From: an uncultured Saprospiraceae bacterium
Lineage (GTDB): Bacteria > Bacteroidota > Bacteroidia > Chitinophagales > Saprospiraceae
DNA length: 64,000 nt
NCBI GenBank assembly: GCA_964449535.1
Contig: CAYUZA010000002.1
Location: 45,549-109,548 of the forward strand
Direction: 5' to 3'
Shown here: in pieces, positions 19,340-25,616 of the stretch
How the letters are laid out: the number at the start of each line of letters is the position of its first letter
How positions within the stretch are numbered: position 1 is the first letter of the stretch
Notes under the pieces: generated by a model
Database searches by the model: none
What the model was told of the DNA's origin: nothing
Seen by the model: the letters and a program-made list of their open reading frames with translations, nothing else
Translations under genes and position numbers: made by a program

Positions 19340-21022
19340 ATGCAACTTGAAAAAAGCCTAGATAGATTTATTTCTTTGGGATCGGAAGCGAAAGATTGGG
19401 CGCTTCCGGAAAAGTTTACCTATCCGTTTCATTACGAGCCGCACCCTTTAGCCAAAATTGCCGCAACAGATTTTCAAGAGCGGTACATGAGCACCATAGA
19501 AAACGCCCATGCATTTTGGAGAGAAACAACATCTGGAACAGGCAAAATGATTGGGGTGTTGGTGGTATTAACTCAGGATAACAAACTGGGGTATATAGCC
19601 GCATTTTCAGGAAAACTGTCATCCGGAAACCATATTTATCCTTTTGTGCCTCCGGTTTATGATATGCTTAGCGAATCGGGCTTTTATAAACAAGAGGAAG
19701 CAATACTTAATGGGCTGAACCATCAAATAAGTCTGCTGGAATCATCACAGGAGCGCCAACGAATAATAGAGGAATTGGTCACAGTGCTCAAAGAGGGAGA
19801 AGAGGCGGTTTTGTTGGCTAAACAAAACATAGAACTACAGCGAAACGAGCGGAAAAACAAAAGGCAGCAATTTTATGAATTGGGTTTATTGGAAACAGAG
19901 ATAACAAAGGCTAATCTTGCCCTGGACGAAGAAAGCAAAACAGAGCAAATCGCATTGAAAGGGCTAAAGAGGCACTGGAGGGAAAAGGAAGAGGCCTTAA
20001 AAAGCAAACTGGAAGAAATAGACCATCGAATAGCCGCACTAAAACAAGAGCGAAAGGCGCTATCGGCAAACGTTCAACAGCGATTATTTCAAGCATATAG
20101 TTTTCTAAATATTAGGGGAGAAAGAAAGAGTTTGTTGGATATTTTTGGCAATAGCGCAGAACAGCAGCCGCCATCGGGCGCAGGAGAGTGTGCGGCGCCC
20201 AAGTTGCTACATTATGCCTTTTTGCAGGGTTGGAGGCCGGTGTGCATGGCCGAGTTTTGGTGGGGAGAGTCGCCCAAGTCAGAAGTTAGGCATCATGGTA
20301 CGTTTTACCCGGCTTGCCGAAGCAAATGTAAGCCGATACTACAACACATGCTGGACGGGGTAGAAACCGATCCCGACCCACTTATGAGGGATAGAGAAGA
20401 ACTTAAAGAGATGCCATTGGTGTTTGAGGATCAAGACATTATAGCAGTTAACAAGCCCCCTGGATTATTGTCTGTTCCTGGCAAAAGCAATTTGCCATCG
20501 GTGTATACCATACTTCAAGAAAAGTACCCGACCGAAAAAATATACATGGTTCACAGGTTGGATATGTCCACCTCGGGCGTTTTGTTGGTTGCACGCAACC
20601 TAGATACATATCATCAATTGCAGGAGCAATTTGCTTCACGTCAGGTGAAAAAAAGGTATGTTGCGCTGTTAAATGGATTTTTAAACGAAAAATCGGGCGA
20701 AATAAAGCTACCCTTGCGTGTAGACCTGGATGATCGACCAAGGCAACTGGTATGCTATGAGCACGGACTGTCTGCCCATACCCGCTGGAAAGTATGTGGA
20801 GAACATGCCTTTGGTAGTCGAGTGTATTTTTACCCGATAACCGGGCGAACACACCAGTTAAGGGTGCATGCAGCGCATCAGCAAGGTTTGGGTTGTCCTA
20901 TTGTAGGCGATGATTTGTATGGGCAAATGGCTGACCGCCTTTACTTACATGCAGAAGCGATTGATTTTGTCCACCCGACAAGCGGACAAACATTGCGGCT
21001 GAGGGCTCCAGCCTCATTTTAG
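19340..21022 (+). CDS. RluA-family pseudouridine synthase fused to a ~370-aa N-terminal domain of unknown function
   Basis: C-terminal catalytic core with HRLDMSTSGVLLVAR and HQLRVH. The N-terminal part is discussed in findings. Confidence 0.8.
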   Translation: MQLEKSLDRFISLGSEAKDWALPEKFTYPFHYEPHPLAKIAATDFQERYMSTIENAHAFWRETTSGTGKMIGVLVVLTQDNKLGYIAAFSGKLSSGNHIYPFVPPVYDMLSESGFYKQEEAILNGLNHQISLLESSQERQRIIEELVTVLKEGEEAVLLAKQNIELQRNERKNKRQQFYELGLLETEITKANLALDEESKTEQIALKGLKRHWREKEEALKSKLEEIDHRIAALKQERKALSANVQQRLFQAYSFLNIRGERKSLLDIFGNSAEQQPPSGAGECAAPKLLHYAFLQGWRPVCMAEFWWGESPKSEVRHHGTFYPACRSKCKPILQHMLDGVETDPDPLMRDREELKEMPLVFEDQDIIAVNKPPGLLSVPGKSNLPSVYTILQEKYPTEKIYMVHRLDMSTSGVLLVARNLDTYHQLQEQFASRQVKKRYVALLNGFLNEKSGEIKLPLRVDLDDRPRQLVCYEHGLSAHTRWKVCGEHAFGSRVYFYPITGRTHQLRVHAAHQQGLGCPIVGDDLYGQMADRLYLHAEAIDFVHPTSGQTLRLRAPASF

Positions 21023-21110
21023 GAGAAATATTGGCGGCCAACCCGTTGGATAAGATAATTTTGCTGAAGGCTGTTGAAAGGTTGAACAATTGTCCTGCCC
21101 AAGCCCGGCT

Positions 21111-22724
21111 TTATATCGGGTTCAAGCCCAATTCTTTCAAATATTCATTGTGTTTATCGGTATTAAACTTAATCATTTCATTAATGGTTGTCAGCTTTTC
21201 GTTTACTTCTTGTAGATCTATTTGCACCTCGTCTTCTGATGTGCTGACATACCTGGAAATATTAAGATTGTACCCGTTTTTCTCAATTTCGTCCATAGAT
21301 ACCCTGCGAGCATATTTCTCTACGTTTTCGGGTCGGTATTGGTAGGTTTCAATGATTTTGTTGATGTGTTCTTCTTCAATGGTGTTTTGTCTTTTGCCGG
21401 CCTTGTAGTGTTCTGCTGCATTGATGAATAATACATCGTCGTGTTTTTTGCATTTTTTCAACACCAAAATACAAACGGGAATACCTGTCGAGTAAAACAA
21501 GTTAGAAGGCAAACCAATAACTGTGTCAATATGGTTGTCCTTTAATAACTTGGTTCTGATCCGCTCTTCTGCCCCACCACGGAACAAAACTCCGTGTGGC
21601 AGGATGATTGCCATAGTTCCATCTTTGGCTAAGAAGTGAAAACCATGCAAAAGAAAGGCAAAGTCTGCGGCCGATTTTGGCGCCAAACCATAATTTTTAA
21701 AACGAAAATCATCTGACATGGATTCGTTAGGCTCCCACCGCAAGCTGAAAGGCGGATTGCATACTATCGCATCAAACTCTATTTTTTTTGCCGGGTTTAA
21801 CTCATTGAACAGCTGCCACTGATTGAGCAGTGTATCTCCATGGAAAATCTCAAACTCCGTATCTTTCATGCCATGAAGAAGCATATTCATTCGGGCAAGG
21901 TTATAAGTGGTGATATTTTTTTCCTGACCATATACTTTTCCGACATATCCACCAATTTCCTTCACCCGACTTCTGAGATTTAGTAGTAGTGACCCTGACC
22001 CACATGTGATGTCCAGGATTTTTTCAAGTTTCTTTCTGAAGCCGGTTGATGGGTCTTGACTGTCCAGAAGAACAATTTTAGAAAGTATGGTAGACATTTG
22101 TTGTGGGGTATAAAACTCACCGGCTTTTTTACCTGATCCCGCAGCAAATTGTCCAATCAAATATTCATAGGCATCGCCCAGGGTGTCCGAGTCCGCTGAA
22201 AAATCTGCTATACCTTCCGATATTTTCTGAATAATGGTGCAAAGTTTTTTGTTTCTTTCGACGGCTGTCTTTCCCAGTTTTTCTGAATTCAAATTGATTT
22301 CAGAAAATAAGCCCTGAAAAGCACTTTCAAAAGATTCGTTTTCGATGTAGCGAAAACCTGCTTCCAGGGTCACCAACAAATCCGGACTCTGGGTGCGTGC
22401 CATTTCGCTGATGTTGCTCCAGAGATGTTCGGGTTTGATGACATAATGCACTTTTCTGCGCATTTGTTTTTCATATTCCGGCACTTCCGGGTCATTTAGC
22501 ACATACCATTCGGCCAATGGGGTACGACCGTCATTTTCATCCAAAACAGGATAATCTCTGCCCAATTCTTTTTTAGCCGCTTCCTCATAATTGTGGCTCA
22601 AATACCGAAGGAAGAGAAAGGATAGCATATAATCGCGAAAATCATCAGCATTCATGGCACCGCGTAGGTTGTCTGCTATGGCCCAAAGGGTTTTACCTAA
22701 TTGTTGTTGGTCTTTATGTGTCAT
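21111..22724 (-). CDS. hsdM: Type I restriction-modification system, methyltransferase subunit
   Basis: HsdM_N-type N-terminus (LWAIADNLRG...FRDYMLSFLFLRYLS), SAM motif I DITCGSGSLL, catalytic NPPF (VCNPPFS). Confidence 0.95.
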   Translation of the reverse strand: MTHKDQQQLGKTLWAIADNLRGAMNADDFRDYMLSFLFLRYLSHNYEEAAKKELGRDYPVLDENDGRTPLAEWYVLNDPEVPEYEKQMRRKVHYVIKPEHLWSNISEMARTQSPDLLVTLEAGFRYIENESFESAFQGLFSEINLNSEKLGKTAVERNKKLCTIIQKISEGIADFSADSDTLGDAYEYLIGQFAAGSGKKAGEFYTPQQMSTILSKIVLLDSQDPSTGFRKKLEKILDITCGSGSLLLNLRSRVKEIGGYVGKVYGQEKNITTYNLARMNMLLHGMKDTEFEIFHGDTLLNQWQLFNELNPAKKIEFDAIVCNPPFSLRWEPNESMSDDFRFKNYGLAPKSAADFAFLLHGFHFLAKDGTMAIILPHGVLFRGGAEERIRTKLLKDNHIDTVIGLPSNLFYSTGIPVCILVLKKCKKHDDVLFINAAEHYKAGKRQNTIEEEHINKIIETYQYRPENVEKYARRVSMDEIEKNGYNLNISRYVSTSEDEVQIDLQEVNEKLTTINEMIKFNTDKHNEYLKELGLNPI

Positions 22725-23332
22725 TGAAAAAATTTATCATTCCGCCAATTGGCAGGGTTATTTATAATGTAATCGGAAATGGTTTGATATGATTTATCAT
22801 CGCGGATAATGCGGTCGTGAAAACGGGGTTGCCATTGAAAATCAGGGTAAATCAAACGGGCATTTTTCGTAACGCCAATTTTAAAACCGCGTATTATTGA
22901 TGCCAAATTTTTGGATTGTGGTCCGAATTGGTTTTTGGGTTGGTTTGGTCCCGTTTCCGTTTCCGTTTCCGTTTCCGTTTCCGTTGAGACGCAATGCATT
23001 GCGTCTCTACAATCCACCGCGCCAACCACCGATTTTCGTTGTGAATTATATTTATTTTCACCAATACCAATTATGGCATGAAAATGATCAGGCATCACCA
23101 CGTATTCACCCATCGACAAATTCATATCGGGGCGTAATGCAAATGTTTTTAACCATTCTGAATTAACAATTTGTCCAATTTGTGACAATTGCATTTTTCC
23201 ACCCACAATTTCCCCAAAATAATGTTCACGGTTTTGGGTACAAATGGTAATAAAATACGCACCCGCCCACCGATAATCCCAATGTTGTGCCCGGGCGGAT
23301 GCAATGCGGTATTTGTTTTTGAATTTTTCCAT
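22721..23332 (-). CDS. Y1 HUH transposase-like protein (IS200-like fold, REP-associated tyrosine transposase / RayT-like)
   Basis: HUH motif MPDHFHAIIG and C-terminal Tyr helix ISDYIINNPANW. The stop overlaps the hsdM start by 4 nt (ATGA). No IS ends were seen. Confidence 0.8.
   Translation of the reverse strand: MEKFKNKYRIASARAQHWDYRWAGAYFITICTQNREHYFGEIVGGKMQLSQIGQIVNSEWLKTFALRPDMNLSMGEYVVMPDHFHAIIGIGENKYNSQRKSVVGAVDCRDAMHCVSTETETETETETGPNQPKNQFGPQSKNLASIIRGFKIGVTKNARLIYPDFQWQPRFHDRIIRDDKSYQTISDYIINNPANWRNDKFFQ
22951..22985. repeat. Hexanucleotide microsatellite (CCGTTT) x ~5.8, in frame, encoding (TE)5 on the minus strand
   Basis: Read directly: ccgtttccgtttccgtttccgtttccgtttccgtt. Translates to STETETETETETG inside the Y1 gene. 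Confidence 0.95.
22986..23007. repeat. P1: 22-nt perfect palindrome GAGACGCAATGCATTGCGTCTC inside the Y1 gene
   Basis: Read directly. 11-bp self-complementary arms. Encodes RDAMHCVS on the minus strand. Confidence 0.95.
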
Positions 23333-23335
23333 CTT

Positions 23336-24586
23336 CTATCCTTTAACCATAGGAAACAAACCCTGCATCAACCCCTTTTTATGCAACTTCAATTGTTCTA
23401 TCTTCTCCGCCTGTGCCGTGATAAGGGCATCTAAAGACGACAGACAAGAAGCGATTTTTTGTTGTTCTTTTGGGTTCATAGGAAAGGTGATATTCAAGGA
23501 TTGTAATTGACTTGAATATAGGTGCACAACCGAAATTCCTTGAGCCAGCTGAGCAATTTCAGATTTTTTCGCGCTATTCAAATAGTAGGCTAAAAAGACA
23601 CCATCAAAATCGGAACGGATAATATTCAAATCACCTCCCAAAGCAATACCGCTTCTCAGAACGCAGGATGCAGTTGCAATATCATTTTGGGTTTCACCTG
23701 ATGCTGGAATAATAACATCATTCTCTTCGCTTAGCATCAATTCATTAGCATTTAAATGGGTGTAAGATTTCACAACATCAATAGTTTCATTGTAATGAGT
23801 ATATAACTCACCATATCTAATACAGGGTAATATGCCATTTTCAACAATATCTGATTTTGAAATTCCTTTGCCTTTGTAGAATGTAGCAACCTCCCCCAAC
23901 TTCTTCTCCACCCACTCCCCATCTTTCTCAAACTCTTTAAAGCGAACCTTCGGCACTTTCTCGCCTGCTGAAGGAAAAAGGTTTTGCATCAAGCCTTTTT
24001 TGTGGTCTCGCAGAGACGCAATGCGTTGCGTCTCTGCGGCTATCAGGTCATCTAAGGAGGAGAGGCAAGAGGCGATTTTTTGTTGTTCTTTCGGATTCAT
24101 TGGAAATTTGACACCAATATTTTTTAAGTCGGAATTGTATAAACGACTGATAACACCACCATCAGAAGTTTGCCATTTAATAATTGAATAACAATGGTAT
24201 AAAAACTCATTCAGAATCTGCTTTTCATCATTACCCAGCCATACAATATTTGAATCCTGAAAATATGCCGGTGAGCCATCGTAAACTACAAGTCTGCCAA
24301 TTGTACCAGATGCGGAAATTAAGATATCACCCATTTTAGGGAACGAATATTTGCTTTTGAATTCTTCATACAAATCAAATGAAATATAAGCATCTGCTTG
24401 TTTTCCAAATGTTCCGATTTTATAAAAAGGAATTCTATTATTTGGATTTGTAGTTGTTTGTTCTTTGAATATCCGTTTACACATTAATGGTTCACCAATT
24501 TCCCCCAACTTCTTCTCCACCCACTCCCCCTCATTCTCAAACTCAGGAAAACGCCATTTAGGTATTAGTTTATTTGTCTTACTCAT
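23336..24586 (-). CDS. hsdS: Type I restriction-modification system, specificity subunit (two TRDs)
   Basis: Duplicated architecture: EFE(N/K)(E/D)GEWVEKKLGE at each TRD start and FPMNPKEQQKIASCLSSLD...HKKGLMQ.LFP at each conserved region. Confidence 0.9.
   Translation of the reverse strand: MSKTNKLIPKWRFPEFENEGEWVEKKLGEIGEPLMCKRIFKEQTTTNPNNRIPFYKIGTFGKQADAYISFDLYEEFKSKYSFPKMGDILISASGTIGRLVVYDGSPAYFQDSNIVWLGNDEKQILNEFLYHCYSIIKWQTSDGGVISRLYNSDLKNIGVKFPMNPKEQQKIASCLSSLDDLIAAETQRIASLRDHKKGLMQNLFPSAGEKVPKVRFKEFEKDGEWVEKKLGEVATFYKGKGISKSDIVENGILPCIRYGELYTHYNETIDVVKSYTHLNANELMLSEENDVIIPASGETQNDIATASCVLRSGIALGGDLNIIRSDFDGVFLAYYLNSAKKSEIAQLAQGISVVHLYSSQLQSLNITFPMNPKEQQKIASCLSSLDALITAQAEKIEQLKLHKKGLMQGLFPMVKG
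24010..24037. repeat. P2: 28-nt hairpin-palindrome GCAGAGACGCAATGCGTTGCGTCTCTGC inside the hsdS central conserved region
   Basis: Read directly. 12-bp arms around TGCG. The inner 22 nt differ from P1 at one position. Encodes AETQRIASL on the minus strand. Confidence 0.95.
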
Positions 24587-25610
24587 CTTTTCTCTCTGTT
24601 GCGTTTATTTCGTTCAATACTAAGGTTTGCAGTTCGTCTTTTGGCAATAACAATTGGTATTCGGCTACGCCTATTGGTTTGTTAATGTCTTGCAGTGCTA
24701 TTTCCACATCCAAATGGTCTTTATCGGCACAGAGAATAATACCAATAGAAGGGTTTTCGTTTTCTCCTTTTTCCAATTTATCCAACAGGGAAAGATAGAG
24801 GTTCATTTTGCCTACATATTCGGCTTTAAAACTGCCAATCTTTAATTCAATAGCCACCAAAGACTGTAATCCTCTGTGGAAGAAAAGCATATCCACAAAA
24901 TATTCTTTGTTGTTGTACTCCAAGCGGTATTGGTTGCCTATAAATGAAAATCCTCTGCCTAACTCCAATACAAAAGCCCTGATTTTGGCTATCAACCTGT
25001 TTTCTAACTCTAATTCTTTTACAGGTTCCGTAATGCCTAGAAAACCGAGGTTGTAAGAGCTTTTAAATACTTCGTTGGCATATTCGGCACTTACTTCAGG
25101 CAATGTATTGCTGAAATTGTTGCTTTTCAGTTGGTTTTCAGCATGGCTGTAAATATCCATTTTGATGGCATTGAGTAATAAATCTCTGCTCCAACCTTTG
25201 GTTACGGCTTCATTGGCATAATATGCAACAGCTTCAAGTGACTGAATTTTGTTGATTAACAGTAAATTGTGTCCCCACGGCAAAACTGCGACAAGCTGTC
25301 GCAGTTTTGGGTCAGTCAAATAGTAACGCTCATAAAAACGTTTCATATCCCACAAGTTGCGAGGTGATAAGCCCATATCAGGAAATTCGATTTTGAGGTC
25401 AATGGACAATTGTTTAACAACACCACTGCCATAGCCTTCTTCTAACTGTTTTTCGAAGAGTAGTTTTCCCAAATTCCAATACACGGAATTTGTGGTACTG
25501 TTTACCTGTTTTGCAATTAGCGTTCGGGCAGTTTGGATTTGAGCTACCGCCTGTAGCAGTATTTTTCTGTAATCCGAATCGTTGATATTTATTTGAGGTT
25601 TATTACTCAT
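24579..25610 (-). CDS. DUF1016 / YhcG-like PD-(D/E)XK nuclease-fold protein
   Basis: N-terminal helical region (NSVYWNLGKLL...LPWGHNLLL) and C-terminal FVDMLFFHRGLQSLVAIELKIGSFKAEYVGKMNLYL (D...E-x-K). Overlaps the hsdS start by 8 nt. Confidence 0.8.
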   Translation of the reverse strand: MSNKPQININDSDYRKILLQAVAQIQTARTLIAKQVNSTTNSVYWNLGKLLFEKQLEEGYGSGVVKQLSIDLKIEFPDMGLSPRNLWDMKRFYERYYLTDPKLRQLVAVLPWGHNLLLINKIQSLEAVAYYANEAVTKGWSRDLLLNAIKMDIYSHAENQLKSNNFSNTLPEVSAEYANEVFKSSYNLGFLGITEPVKELELENRLIAKIRAFVLELGRGFSFIGNQYRLEYNNKEYFVDMLFFHRGLQSLVAIELKIGSFKAEYVGKMNLYLSLLDKLEKGENENPSIGIILCADKDHLDVEIALQDINKPIGVAEYQLLLPKDELQTLVLNEINATERKDE

Positions 25611-25616
25611 TTCGAT

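Noticed and set aside
21782-21789. T8 homopolymer inside hsdM as a slipped-strand phase-variation switch
   Set aside because: Homopolymers of this length occur elsewhere in ordinary genes of this AT-rich window (for example the A8 tract near 13706-13713), and there is no evidence of variation.
22986-23007. Palindrome arms contain GAGACG/CGTCTC (an Esp3I/BsmBI-type IIS site pair), which could suggest engineering
   Set aside because: The motif sits in frame in native-looking genes and has diverged natural copies (P2-P4). Nothing else in the window looks synthetic.
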